Origin: Alphaproteobacteria bacterium
GTDB taxonomy: Bacteria > Pseudomonadota > Alphaproteobacteria > SP197
DNA length: 44,674 nt
Assembly (NCBI GenBank): GCA_022822575.1
Contig: JAJEBJ010000455.1
Coordinates: 1-44,674 of the forward strand
Direction: 5' to 3'
Position numbers and translations under genes: made by a program. This document shows, one piece after another, positions 29,925 through 41,800 of this stretch. The notes beneath the pieces were generated by a model. It made no database searches. It saw only the letters and a list, made by a program, of their open reading frames with translations, and was not told the DNA's origin. Within the stretch, counting starts at the first letter, position 1; each line of letters opens with the position of its first letter.

Positions 29925-30641
29925 ATGTCGCGCGCACGCTTCGCCAGTGACGGAAAGGGTGGTCTGACACGTCACGTGCCGATCAGGATTCCACATCACG
30001 CGGCCCTGCTGGTGGTGGATGTGCAGGTCTACACAGTGACGCCGGGTGACGGTGAATTCGGCGACATCGACCCTTGCTCCATTCCGGACCATCTCGCCTA
30101 CTACTTCGCCCGCCTTGAAGGGGTGACCCTGCCGGCGATCGCCCGCCTTCAGGACGCGTCGAGACGGGTCGGCATGGAGGTGATGTACACGGTCGTCGAG
30201 GCCCTGACCGGCGACATGCGGGACCTTGGGCTCGATTATCGCATCTCGGGCATCGGCGTTCCGAGAGGTTCGCCATGGGCCGACATTCCCGAAGCCATAG
30301 CCCGTCACGACGACGAGATCGTCATCTCGAAGACATCATCGAATGTCTTCGTGTCGACCAACATCGACTACGTGCTGCGCGCACTCGAGATCGAACAGAT
30401 CGTGATCTGCGGCCTGCTGACCGACCAGTGTGTCGAATCGGCGGTGCGCGATGCCTGCGATCTCGGCTATCTGGTGACGGTGCCGGAAGACGCGTGCGCC
30501 ACCATGAGCAGGGAGCGGCACGAGCAGTCGCTCGACATGTATTCGGGGTATTGCCGGATCGTGACGAGCGATGATGTCGTCACCGAGCTCGCCGGATTTC
30601 CCGCAACCGGTGAAGCCGGTCTGCGGGCAGTGACAGCCTGA
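29925..30641 (+). CDS. isochorismatase-family cysteine hydrolase
   Basis: The Asp-Lys-Cys triad context is present: ALLVVDVQ, VISKTSSNVF, ICGLLTDQCVESAVRDA. I chose the ATG at 29925 (GGGGAG upstream). The tracked ORF start at 29601 lies antisense inside phnX. Confidence 0.8.
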   Translation: MSRARFASDGKGGLTRHVPIRIPHHAALLVVDVQVYTVTPGDGEFGDIDPCSIPDHLAYYFARLEGVTLPAIARLQDASRRVGMEVMYTVVEALTGDMRDLGLDYRISGIGVPRGSPWADIPEAIARHDDEIVISKTSSNVFVSTNIDYVLRALEIEQIVICGLLTDQCVESAVRDACDLGYLVTVPEDACATMSRERHEQSLDMYSGYCRIVTSDDVVTELAGFPATGEAGLRAVTA

Positions 30642-30651
30642 GGAGACGCCC

Positions 30652-31254
30652 ATGGAACGGATCATTGTCCCGCCATCAGAAGGTCGTGCGGTGCGTGTCA
30701 CCGCCGGCCAGTCCATCTCCGTTGCGACGCCGAAGGGAGGCCAGGCGGCCGATTTCTTCGCCTACAACAGCACCAATGTCGACGAATGGCTGTCGCCACC
30801 GCACACGTGGGTCACCACGTTCTCGCTCAAGCCGCGCCCGGGCGACGTCTTCCTGTCGCGATTCAGACGTCCGATGCTGACGATGACAGCGGACACCGCA
30901 GACGGCGTCCACGACATGCTGCTCGCGGCCTGCGACCAGTTCCGTTACGAGTTCTTCGGCTACCGGGGCGTGCACGCCAGCTGTTCCGGGAACCTTGAGA
31001 TCGCCATGCGTCGCGAGGGCTACGAGATTTCGGTCATTCCCCAGCCGATCAATTTCTTCACCAACGTGCCGGTGGATGACGAAGGACGCCTGACGGCTCC
31101 CGCCAACCGGGTCAAGCCGGGCGCCAGCGTGACCATGGAGGCATTGATGGACCTCATCTGCGTGGTCTCCTCGTGTCCTTTCGACATGCACGCCGAAGGC
31201 TGGGAGATCAACGCCGGCAACGAACCGACGGAACTCGAGATCGAGGTGGAGTGA
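30652..31254 (+). CDS. DUF1989 / urea-carboxylase-associated family protein
   Basis: IVPPSEGRAVRVTAGQSI...GGQAADFFAYN...DMLLAACD...CSGNL... resembles the DUF1989 family by recall. It lies 10 nt after the preceding gene. Confidence 0.65.
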   Translation: MERIIVPPSEGRAVRVTAGQSISVATPKGGQAADFFAYNSTNVDEWLSPPHTWVTTFSLKPRPGDVFLSRFRRPMLTMTADTADGVHDMLLAACDQFRYEFFGYRGVHASCSGNLEIAMRREGYEISVIPQPINFFTNVPVDDEGRLTAPANRVKPGASVTMEALMDLICVVSSCPFDMHAEGWEINAGNEPTELEIEVE

Positions 31255-31266
31255 ACGCGCCGCGGG

Positions 31267-31731
31267 TCAGCGCTTGGAGAACTGGAAGCTGCGGCGCGCC
31301 TTGCGCTTGCCGTACTTCTTGCGTTCCACGACCCGTGGATCGCGCGTCAGGTAGCCGTTGGACTTGAGCGTCTTGCGCAGCACCGGTTCATGGAGCGCCA
31401 ATGCCTTCGAGATGCCGTGACGCAGGGCGCCGGCCTGGCCCGACAGCCCGCCCCCATTCACCGTGCAGAAGACGTCATACTGGTCGACACGGTCGGCGAC
31501 ATGGAAGGGGCGGCCAAGGATCAGCCGCCAGGTGCCGCGCGTGAAGTACTCCTCGACGCTGCGGCCATTGACGATGATGCGTCCCACACCGGGTTTCAGC
31601 CAGACGCGGGCAATTGCGTTCTTGCGCTTGCCGGTGGCATAGGAGCGCCCCAGGGAATCAATCTGGGGTTCGGGAAGCTGGATGTCGGCGTCGGGAACGG
31701 CGAGTTCCTGGGTTTCGGCCACGATCGCCAT
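31267..31731 (-). CDS. rpsI: 30S ribosomal protein S9
   Basis: [37 protein letters not shown] and the C-terminal [17 protein letters not shown] are present. The start is set at MAIVAETQ. Confidence 0.95.
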   Translation of the reverse strand: MAIVAETQELAVPDADIQLPEPQIDSLGRSYATGKRKNAIARVWLKPGVGRIIVNGRSVEEYFTRGTWRLILGRPFHVADRVDQYDVFCTVNGGGLSGQAGALRHGISKALALHEPVLRKTLKSNGYLTRDPRVVERKKYGKRKARRSFQFSKR

Positions 31732-31733
31732 GG

Positions 31734-32198
31734 TCAGGCAGCCCTTCTGTTCTTGGGGTTGCGCGCCGCCAGGTCGAGAACCTCCGGCTGCTGCGCTTCG
31801 TGGGGGTGATGCGACCCGGCATACACCTTGAGTTTCTTCATGACCTGGCGGCCGAGCGGATTGCGGGAGATCATGCGCTCGACTGCCTTGATGATGACGC
31901 GCTCGGGGAAAGCCCCGTCGAGCCGCTCGCCAAGGGTCTGGCCCTTGATGCCGCCTGGCCAGCCGGTGTGCCAGTAGAATGACTCCCCGGCCCGCTTGTT
32001 GCCCGTCAGGTGAACCTTTTCGGCATTGATGACAATCACGAAATCCCCGCAATCGACATGCGGCGAAAAGGTCGGCTTGTGCTTGCCCCGCAGGACATCG
32101 GCGATTTCAACGGCCATGCGTCCGAGAACGAGATCCTCGGCGTCAACCAGATACCACTTGCGCTCGACTTCGCGCGGCTTGGCAACGTAGGTCTTCAT
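31734..32198 (-). CDS. rplM: 50S ribosomal protein L13
   Basis: [29 protein letters not shown]...YWHTGWPGG matches L13, and rpsI lies immediately downstream. Confidence 0.95.
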   Translation of the reverse strand: MKTYVAKPREVERKWYLVDAEDLVLGRMAVEIADVLRGKHKPTFSPHVDCGDFVIVINAEKVHLTGNKRAGESFYWHTGWPGGIKGQTLGERLDGAFPERVIIKAVERMISRNPLGRQVMKKLKVYAGSHHPHEAQQPEVLDLAARNPKNRRAA

Positions 32199-32353
32199 GC
32201 GGGTTCCGAATGGCAGTCAGCCAAGCGCAGCGGAAGCAGCGCGACCAAAGGGAGCGCGGAACCTAGTCAACATGTCCGGTGGTGTCAATGCCCGAATCCT
32301 CATCGCCGAGACTTCCATTGCCCCCCTGTCTGCCGCTTGGCTACAGTGCGGAC

Positions 32354-33133
32354 ATGGACGAACCGCTTCTCCTCACCACTCAGGAGGGCCAGGTCGCGCA
32401 ACTGGCCCTCAATCGCCCGAAACAGCGCAACGCGCTCAGTGTCGCATTGATGGCAGAGCTGCAGGACGAACTCGATCGCCTGGCGGACCGATCCGACGTC
32501 CATGTCATCGTCATCGCGGGCAAGGGCAAGGCGTTCTGTGCCGGTCATGACCTGAAGGAAATCCGCGAGCATCCGGGGGCCGACAACTACAACCGCCTCT
32601 TCGATCAGTGCAGCCGCTTGATGACGACCATCGTCAGGCTGCCCAAGCCGGTGATCGCCAGTGTCGGAGGCATCGCGACGGCGGCCGGTTGCCAGCTGGT
32701 GGCGAGCTGCGATCTCGCCGTGGCCTCGGTGGAGGCAACCTTCGCCACGCCCGGCGTCAACATCGGACTCTTCTGCTCTACGCCCATGGTCGCGCTGTCA
32801 CGCAACGTGGCGCGCAAGCAGGCCATGGAGATGCTGCTGACCGGCGACGCGATCGACGCGGTGCGGGCGCGGGATCTGGGTCTCGTCAACCGCGTGGTGG
32901 CGGCTGGCGATCTCGACTCCGCGACATCCCGGTTGGCGCGAACTATCGCCTCGAAGTCCCCCCTGACCCTTGCCATCGGCAAGGAGGCCTTCTACCGCCA
33001 GCTGGATATGCCCCTGGATGAGGCATACGCCTACGCCAGCCGGGTGATGACCGAGAACATGCTCAAGCGGGACGCGAAGGAGGGAATCGATGCGTTCCTC
33101 GGCAAGCGCGCTCCCCGGTGGCAGGGTGAGTGA
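32354..33133 (+). CDS. enoyl-CoA hydratase/isomerase (crotonase) family protein
   Basis: LNRPKQRNAL, GKGKAFCAGHDLKE and VIASVGGIATAAGCQLVASCDL are present. The start is set at MDEPLLL (ATG at 32354). Confidence 0.85.
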   Translation: MDEPLLLTTQEGQVAQLALNRPKQRNALSVALMAELQDELDRLADRSDVHVIVIAGKGKAFCAGHDLKEIREHPGADNYNRLFDQCSRLMTTIVRLPKPVIASVGGIATAAGCQLVASCDLAVASVEATFATPGVNIGLFCSTPMVALSRNVARKQAMEMLLTGDAIDAVRARDLGLVNRVVAAGDLDSATSRLARTIASKSPLTLAIGKEAFYRQLDMPLDEAYAYASRVMTENMLKRDAKEGIDAFLGKRAPRWQGE

Positions 33134-33627
33134 TGGCCGGTCACGACCACTACAGCGATGAGTCGTTGCGCTCGATCCTGCGGCGCTGCCGCACCATCGC
33201 CATGATTGGCGCCAGTCCGAACTGGGTGCGACCGAGCTACTTCGCGATGAAGTACCTCCAGGGCAAGGGATATCGCATCATTCCGGTCAATCCGGTCGCT
33301 GCCGGCCAGACCGTGCTGGGAGAAACCGTGCGGGGGTCCCTCGACGAGCTCCAGGCGCCCGTTCCCATGGTCGACATCTTCCGCAACTCCCAGGCGGCCG
33401 GGGGCATCGTCGACGAGGTCATCAGGTTGCGGGACGACAAGGGTTTCCAGGTCGTCTGGATGCAGCTCGGGGTGCGGAACGATGCCGCTGCCCAGAGGGC
33501 CGAGGCCGCGGGTCTCGAGGTCGTCATGGACCGCTGCCCGAAGATCGAGTACGGACGGCTCTCCGGGGAACTCTCGTGGAGTGGCGTCAATTCGGGAATC
33601 ATCACGGCGAAGGTGCTCAGATTGTGA
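33130..33627 (+). CDS. CoA-binding domain protein (YccU/YneT-like)
   Basis: IAMIGASPNWVRPSYFAMKYLQGKGYRIIPVNP is a Rossmann-like CoA-binding fold. It has an ATGA-type overlap with the upstream gene. Confidence 0.8.
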   Translation: MMAGHDHYSDESLRSILRRCRTIAMIGASPNWVRPSYFAMKYLQGKGYRIIPVNPVAAGQTVLGETVRGSLDELQAPVPMVDIFRNSQAAGGIVDEVIRLRDDKGFQVVWMQLGVRNDAAAQRAEAAGLEVVMDRCPKIEYGRLSGELSWSGVNSGIITAKVLRL

Positions 33628-33684
33628 CACCCGCCATTTGCCGTGTTGCCAGGGAGCGAATGTGCCGCTGGAAAGGGGGCAGTG

Positions 33685-34974
33685 ATGAATGACGGTGACC
33701 GCCGCTACGGCATGGAGACCCGTGCCGTCCATGCCGGGGCGCGACCCGACCCCGCAACCGGAGCAAGGCAGACACCGGTCTACCAGACGACCAGCTTCGT
33801 GTTCGACGACGTCGAGCACGCAGCCTCGCTCTTCAATCTCCAGACCTTCGGCTATTTCTATTCGAGGCTGACCAACCCGACAGTGGCGGTTCTCGAGGAA
33901 AAGATCGCCAACCTCGAGGACGGTCGCGCCGCCGTCGCCTGCGCCTCGGGCCATGCGGCTCAGTTTCTTGCCTTCTTCACCCTGCTTGAGCCCGGCTCCC
34001 ACATCGTTTCGTCGCGCTATCTCTATGGCGGTTCCGTGACGCAGTTCACGAAGTCCTTTGCCAGGCTCGGCTGGCAGGCCGACCTCGTCGATCCCAACGA
34101 CCCGGATGTCGTGGAGGCAGCCATCCGCGACGAGACCCGCGCCATCTTCGTCGAGGTGCTGGCCAATCCCGGCGGTATCGTCGTCGACCTCGAACCCCTG
34201 GTGGCGATCGCACGCCGCCACCGGATTCCGCTTGTCGTCGACAACACCCTGGCGACACCGTGTCTCATCCAGCCCATTCACTGGGGGGCCGATATCGTCA
34301 TCCATTCGGCGACCAAGTTCATTGGCGGCCATGGCACGTCGATGGGAGGCGTTGTCGTCGAGTCGGGTGCGTTCGACTGGTTTGCCAGCGGCAAGTTTCC
34401 CGGCATGACCGAACCCGAAGAGGCCTACCACGGCCTCACCTTTGCCGAGACCTTCGGTGATTTCGGATTCACCATGAAGGCGAGAACCGTGGCATTGAGG
34501 GATTTCGGGCCGTCACTGTCGCCGGCCAATGCCTTCCATCTCATCACCGGATGCGAGACCCTGCCCCTCAGGATGCAACGTCACTGCGACAACGCGCTCG
34601 AGGTCGCCCGTCACCTCGAGGCTCACCCCAAGGTCGCCTGGGTCTCCTATGCCGGACTGGAGTCGAGCCCGTGGCACGATCTCGCGCGGAAGTACCTGAG
34701 GAACGGTTTCGGCAGTGTCTTCACCTTCGGTCTGAAGGGCGGCTTCGATGCCTGCACCCGCATGGTCGAGGCATCGGGTCTCTTCAGCCATCTTGCCAAC
34801 ATTGGCGACACGCGAAGCCTCGTCATCCACCCGGCCAGCACGACGCACCGCCAGCTCACGTCCGAGCAACGCGCCACCGCCGGCGCCGCCGACGACACGA
34901 TCCGTCTCTCCATCGGCATCGAGACGGTCAGCGATCTGATCTGTGATCTCGACGAGGCCCTGGAAAGGGCCTGA
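33685..34974 (+). CDS. metY: O-acetylhomoserine aminocarboxypropyltransferase (sulfhydrylase), PLP-dependent
   Basis: ETRAVHAG, YSRLTNPT and SATKFIGGHGT (the PLP Lys) are present, and the length of about 430 aa fits. Confidence 0.9.
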   Translation: MNDGDRRYGMETRAVHAGARPDPATGARQTPVYQTTSFVFDDVEHAASLFNLQTFGYFYSRLTNPTVAVLEEKIANLEDGRAAVACASGHAAQFLAFFTLLEPGSHIVSSRYLYGGSVTQFTKSFARLGWQADLVDPNDPDVVEAAIRDETRAIFVEVLANPGGIVVDLEPLVAIARRHRIPLVVDNTLATPCLIQPIHWGADIVIHSATKFIGGHGTSMGGVVVESGAFDWFASGKFPGMTEPEEAYHGLTFAETFGDFGFTMKARTVALRDFGPSLSPANAFHLITGCETLPLRMQRHCDNALEVARHLEAHPKVAWVSYAGLESSPWHDLARKYLRNGFGSVFTFGLKGGFDACTRMVEASGLFSHLANIGDTRSLVIHPASTTHRQLTSEQRATAGAADDTIRLSIGIETVSDLICDLDEALERA

Positions 34975-34977
34975 CGC

Positions 34978-35484
34978 CTACCGGCACATTCCCCTGGATC
35001 CTTCGGCGCACACCTTCGCGCCATCCGTCCACGTGGCGCCGGTGAGGGTAGCGCCGGTGAAGTCGACATCCCTCAGAACGGCGCCGGTGAAGTCGACGCC
35101 GGTCAGATCAGCGAAGAGGAACTTGGTGTCCCGGACCTCGACGTGCCGCATGGAGGCCCCCGAAAGGTCGGCCCTGTCGAAGCGTGCGCCGGTGAGCTTC
35201 GCGCCGTCGAATGTGGCGCCGGAAAGATCCGATTCGACGAAGCGCACGCGGTAGCCGTCAATGCGCGAGAAATCGGCATTCCGGAGGTTCGCGTTGCTGA
35301 GCGCCGCGCCGCGCAGGTTGCCACCGGCGAGGACGGCCCCGGGGAAATCGATGCCGGAAAGGTTGCAGCTGCGCCAGTCGACGTTTTCAGCCGGAAGGTC
35401 GTTGCATCCGGCTTCGGCCGCACTTCCTCCGGCCACCGCCAGGAGTGCGATGACGGGAAACAGGGAAAGTGTGCGGCCGGCCAT
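34978..35484 (-). CDS. secreted pentapeptide-repeat protein
   Basis: The signal peptide MAGRTLSLFPVIALLAVAGGSAAEA is followed by continuous A(D/N)LxG-type pentads (ANLRNADFSRI..., ADLSGASM..., ADLTGVDFTGAVLRDVDFTGATLTGA). Confidence 0.8.
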   Translation of the reverse strand: MAGRTLSLFPVIALLAVAGGSAAEAGCNDLPAENVDWRSCNLSGIDFPGAVLAGGNLRGAALSNANLRNADFSRIDGYRVRFVESDLSGATFDGAKLTGARFDRADLSGASMRHVEVRDTKFLFADLTGVDFTGAVLRDVDFTGATLTGATWTDGAKVCAEGSRGMCR

Positions 35485-35540
35485 CTTGGAGCACGGTCTC
35501 CCGGGCACGCCTGACATGCGTGCCCGGGAAGGCCCACTTT

Positions 35541-36953
35541 CTAGATGCTGTAGTACATGTCGAACTCGATGGGATGAGTGGTGGTTTCGAAAGCCATCAC
35601 CTCTTCCCACTTGAGTTCGAGATAGCCGCTGATGAGATCATCGCTGAAGACCTCACCTTTCTTGAGGAAGTCATTGTCCTCCTCGAGGGCGTTCAACGCC
35701 TCGCGCAGGCTGCCCGCTACCGTCGGCACATCCTTGAGTTCCTCGGGCGGCAGATCGTAGAGATTCTTGTCCATCGCATCGCCTGGATGGATACGGTTCT
35801 CGATGCCGTCGAGGCCGGCCATCAGCATGGCCGAGAAGGCAAGGTAGGGATTGGCGGTCGGATCGGGGAAACGGATCTCGACACGCTTGGCCTTCGGTGA
35901 TGTGGCATAGGGAATACGGCAGGACGCAGAACGGTTGCGCGAACTGTAGGCGAGCAGCACCGGCGCCTCGTAACCCGGAACCAGTCTCTTGTAGCTGTTG
36001 GTCGAGGCGTTGGTGAAGGCGTTGAGAGCCTTGGCGTGACGGATGATGCCACCGATGTAGTAGAGCGCCATGTCGGAGAGGTCGGCATAGCGGTTCCCGG
36101 CGAAAAGCGGCTCTCCGTCCATCCAGATGGACTGGTGAACATGCATGCCGGAGCCGTTGTCGTACATCACCGGCTTGGGCATGAAGGTCGCCGTCTTGCC
36201 GTAGCTGTGGGCGACCCGGTGGACGACGTACTTGTACGCCTGCACGTGGTCGGCGCAGGTCAGCAACGAACCGAAGGTCATGCCGAGTTCGTGCTGTGCC
36301 GGTGCCACCTCGTGATGATGCTTGTCGATGGGAAGACCCATTTCTTCCATGGTCGTCAGCATCTCGGAGCGCATGTCGCTCAGGGAATCAATGGGCGGAA
36401 CGGGGAAGTAGCCGCCCTTCTGGCGTGGCCGGTGGGCGAGATTGCCCGTACCTTCGTACTCGGTGTTGTCGTTGTAGGGTCCTTCATCCGAATCGATTTC
36501 GTAGCCCATGGCGTGGGATTCGGTGGTGAAGCGAACGCTGTCGAAGACGAAGAACTCGAGCTCGGGCCCGAAGAAGGCCGTGTCCCCGATGCCGGTGTAC
36601 TGCAGATAGGCTTCCGCCCGTCTCGCCAGCGACCGCGGATCGCGCTCATAGTCCTGTCCTGTCGACGGCTCGTGGATGTCACAGTTCAGGATGAGCGTGG
36701 GCTGCGATTCGAAGGGATCCAGAACCATGGTGGCAGGATCAGGAATGAGGGTCATGTCGGATTCGTTGATGGCCTTCCAGCCGGCGATGGAGGAGCCGTC
36801 GAACATGACACCGTCGGTGAACATGTCTTCGTCAACCATGCGTCTGGACAGCGTGAGATGCTGCCATTTGCCCCTTGGGTCGGTGAATCGTAGGTCGACA
36901 TAGGGGATGTCGTCATCCTCAATACGCTTGATCACACTTTCGGCATCTGACAT
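35541..36953 (-). CDS. glnA: glutamine synthetase, type I
   Basis: 470 aa, with FDGSSI, the ATP-site region [16 protein letters not shown], and NLYDLPPEE (the adenylylation Tyr loop). Confidence 0.95.
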   Translation of the reverse strand: MSDAESVIKRIEDDDIPYVDLRFTDPRGKWQHLTLSRRMVDEDMFTDGVMFDGSSIAGWKAINESDMTLIPDPATMVLDPFESQPTLILNCDIHEPSTGQDYERDPRSLARRAEAYLQYTGIGDTAFFGPELEFFVFDSVRFTTESHAMGYEIDSDEGPYNDNTEYEGTGNLAHRPRQKGGYFPVPPIDSLSDMRSEMLTTMEEMGLPIDKHHHEVAPAQHELGMTFGSLLTCADHVQAYKYVVHRVAHSYGKTATFMPKPVMYDNGSGMHVHQSIWMDGEPLFAGNRYADLSDMALYYIGGIIRHAKALNAFTNASTNSYKRLVPGYEAPVLLAYSSRNRSASCRIPYATSPKAKRVEIRFPDPTANPYLAFSAMLMAGLDGIENRIHPGDAMDKNLYDLPPEELKDVPTVAGSLREALNALEEDNDFLKKGEVFSDDLISGYLELKWEEVMAFETTTHPIEFDMYYSI

Positions 36954-36997
36954 CGCGGAGTCCTTCCCGGTTGTCTGTTGGAGATTCGAGCGTGGTT

Positions 36998-38699
<1,702 letters not shown>

Positions 38700-38884
38700 A
38701 CCGGCTCCGCCGAACCTGGTTCGGGCTGTCCGAATGACTTCATGATCAGCATCGAATCCAGATTTCAAGCTGCCGGGCCAGAACTTCAGCAGGCACCACG
38801 GTTCCGTGCTCGGCAACTGCATGGTGATCGGCCACACCGAGAGAGTTGGCATCTCGGGGTTTGGTGACATCAACATTCGGCGGG

Positions 38885-41800
38885 TCAGGTTGTGTAGACC
38901 AACTCGGGTAGCACGACGTTCCATCTTTCCTGACGGAGTCGCGGCCGGAAGCTCTCTGCTGAGTCGGACCGATAACGCACGGTGATTGCATGGACGCTGC
39001 CTTCAACCAAGGTGGCGCCCTTCGGTGGTTCGTACTTCCGGGCGAGGCAGCCAACAGCAATGCCATGCCGGTCGATGATCAGCACCCGGTTGCCGTCCTG
39101 TCTCAGGCTGATCGGGTCGCCGGCAGCGAGGCTGTCGAGGGCCCGGAGCGCCGGATGACCGGCGGCCATCTGTCCCGCAAAGTCCAGGACGACCTCCGAC
39201 AGGTTGAGTGTCCTGTAGATCTTCCTGCAGTCCGCCACGCCGTCGCCGTTCACTTGCGGGGTGCGATGGGTCACTGCCGGTCCGCCCATGTTGCCGATGA
39301 AGGGATGACGGCTTCCCATCGAAACGACCGCCAGGCTGCGCCGGGCGCGGGTCATCGCGACGTAGTAGAGCCGCCGTTCGGCGTCGATGTCACCACCGTT
39401 CGAATTCCGCCCCCAGCCACCGTCCAGAATGACCACATCGTCGAATTCGAGACCTTTTGCCCGATGCGCCGACAGGAGCAGCAGGCCGGTCTGGCGTTTG
39501 CGGGCATCGCGGCCCCATTCGGCAAGCCACTCGATGACATCCCTGCAGTCGGTCTCGCGGTCACCGAGTTCATGGAGCAGGTCATCGACGCTCTCTCGCA
39601 GGACGGACCACCATGGGCCTGGGGGTTGACGCTCCACCCATCTCGCCATGTCGGCAGCGCGGATGACAGAACTCGAGTGTCGCCTGAGCCAGTCTACAAG
39701 GCTTTGGGTTTCGCGCAGACGCCACACGCTGGGCGGATCGTCGGATCCGGCCTGGACGGAGATGTCATGAGCTTCGCAGTAGCTCCGCACCGGTCCCAAC
39801 AGCCGCCAGTGGCGGGCGATGACCGCCGCTTTCTCCCAGTGCCAGTTGGGGATCTGCTGGGACAGGCGCTCCAGTTCATTCACTGCCAGGACGGCCTGGA
39901 CGGCTTCATCGTCGGGCCCTCGCAGGATCTGCACCCGACCACGCCCGACAGGATCGAGCCGTTCAAGATCGCCCCCTGGACGGTCCTTCTGTCGGCTCTG
40001 GTTCACGACAATGTCGTGACCGGCCTTCATGCGGTCACTGGCCGGTGCGATGAGCATGTTTGCGGCATCAACGATGTTGGCCGTCGACCGGTAGTTCTCG
40101 ACCAGGTGAACCGGGCGCGCCGAATAGTCATTCTCGAAGCGCCGGATGAATGTGACAGACGCGCCCTTGAAGGCGTAGATGTTCTGGTCGTCGTCGCCGA
40201 CGGCAAAGAGACTGAGCCGGCTGTCTTCGTCCTCCACCGATCGCCCGGCAATGGCAGCGATCAGTTCATACTCGTCCGGTCCGATGTCCTGATACTCATC
40301 AACCAGGATCCAGCGATAACCCTCGATTATCGAATCACGCTGTGCCTCGGCCTCGTCACGGGAAAGGCCGTCGCCCCGCAAAAGCGAAACCGCCTGCCGG
40401 AGTATCCTGTCAAAGTCTCCTTGCGAAATGTCGCCGGACTGACCGGCGAAGCTCGCCCCGACCAGGCGCATCGCCAGACCGTGACAGGTGGACACCGTCA
40501 CGCCGCGGGCATCGTCGCCGAGAAGATCGACGAGCCGGCGCCGTATCTCGGTTGCTGCGTGGCGGTTGTAGACGAGGGCGAGGATGCCTCGCGGATCCTG
40601 CCGGCGGACCCGGATCAGGTATGCGATTCGGTGCACCAGGACCCGTGTCTTTCCCGATCCGGGGCCGGCAAGCACGAGAACACTTGTCTGCTCACGATCA
40701 TCGGCGACGATCCGGGCCTGCCGGGCGTTGGCGAGGGACTCGACGATTGCGGCCCAGGATTCCGGAGTGGTCTGGCGCCGGAGCGCCGCAGCGCTACGGG
40801 GCAGCCACTTCTCGACGAACCCCTGCCGGTCGTGAGTAAAATAGTCGTCCATCAGACGCAGTGCATCAGGCATGGATTCCAGCCCACGCTCGGCGTAGGT
40901 CGCAATGATGTGGGTCTGGAGAGTTTGCTCGTCATAGTGGATATGAAGTGGCTGGTAGTCGGTCTCGGTGAACTTCCGGTTGCCCGGGTCGAGACGGATG
41001 GTGATCGCGGGCCGGAAGATCGTGAGTCCCCTGCCGAGAGTGACCACGGCCTGCTCGTGGAGCCAGAGCAGGGCGTGGTCGAGCAGGCTCGAAGGATCGC
41101 TGATCTCCTGTGAGAGCTCGAGGTCGTTTCCAAGCGCGGAGATCAGCGCGCCCAGCGTTGTTGGGACCTGCACGTCCTTCCCGCGGGCCCTGGCGGGTGC
41201 GGTATCGGCAAGCGACGCAAGCAACACGTCGGCGGCCCTGCGTCGGAGCCGGGACGTCAGTGTGAGCTTGTCCCAGGGGCGCTGCAGGCGGAGCGAGAGG
41301 TGCTGGCGATCGATCTTGCGCACCTGAAAGCTGCCGACCCCCTCCGCATCTTCCCGGCCATCCCGGGCGATCCCCCGGATGAGCTTCTCGACGATATCGG
41401 GCCGAACCGTCGCGTGACCGGCGTCGCGCAGCAGCTGAGAAGCGAGTCGGAGGCTGAGGGAGGACACCTCGCCGACTTTCAGGTCGGGCGCGAGTCCTTG
41501 CATCCGGTCAAGCAGTTCGCCTTCCAGTCCGGACACGTCAACGAGGCGCTTGCGGGATGAATCCTCGACGCCGAGATGAATGAAGACGGTGATTGACGTG
41601 TCGTTCGATGCGATCCCCAGTTCCTCGAGAAAACTGAGTGCCTTGCGCAGGCGCGCTGGCGTGAAGCCGGACTCCCCGCAGAGTTCGTCGGTCGAGATGC
41701 CGCGGTCGGGCGGGGAATCGAACAGGCTACGCACCAGCCGGAGAAGCTTCGCCCGGTACCCCGTACTCGCACTGGAGGCTTCGATCCGTTCGCGGGCCTC

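Noticed and set aside
31732-32052. Upstream extension of the rpsI ORF (the tracked ORF is 261 aa)
   Set aside because: The extension overlaps rplM in another frame. S9 homology starts at MAIVAETQ, 2 nt after the rplM stop.
32199-32353. Structured rplM leader: 7-bp long-range pairing of GGTTCCG (32201-32207) with CGGAACC (32256-32262)
   Set aside because: The stem is short, and I cannot evaluate covariation support or match it to a known L13-leader motif from sequence alone.
33628-33684. SAM riboswitch (SAM-II/metA type) upstream of metY
   Set aside because: The gap is only 57 nt, and it lacks the U-rich and AAAGCU pseudoknot elements I would expect. metY appears to be co-transcribed with the two upstream genes.
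33031-34431. 466-aa minus-strand ORF opposite the CoA-binding and metY genes
   Set aside because: It is an antisense shadow ORF. The plus strand carries the PLP-Lys motif and full-length MetY similarity.
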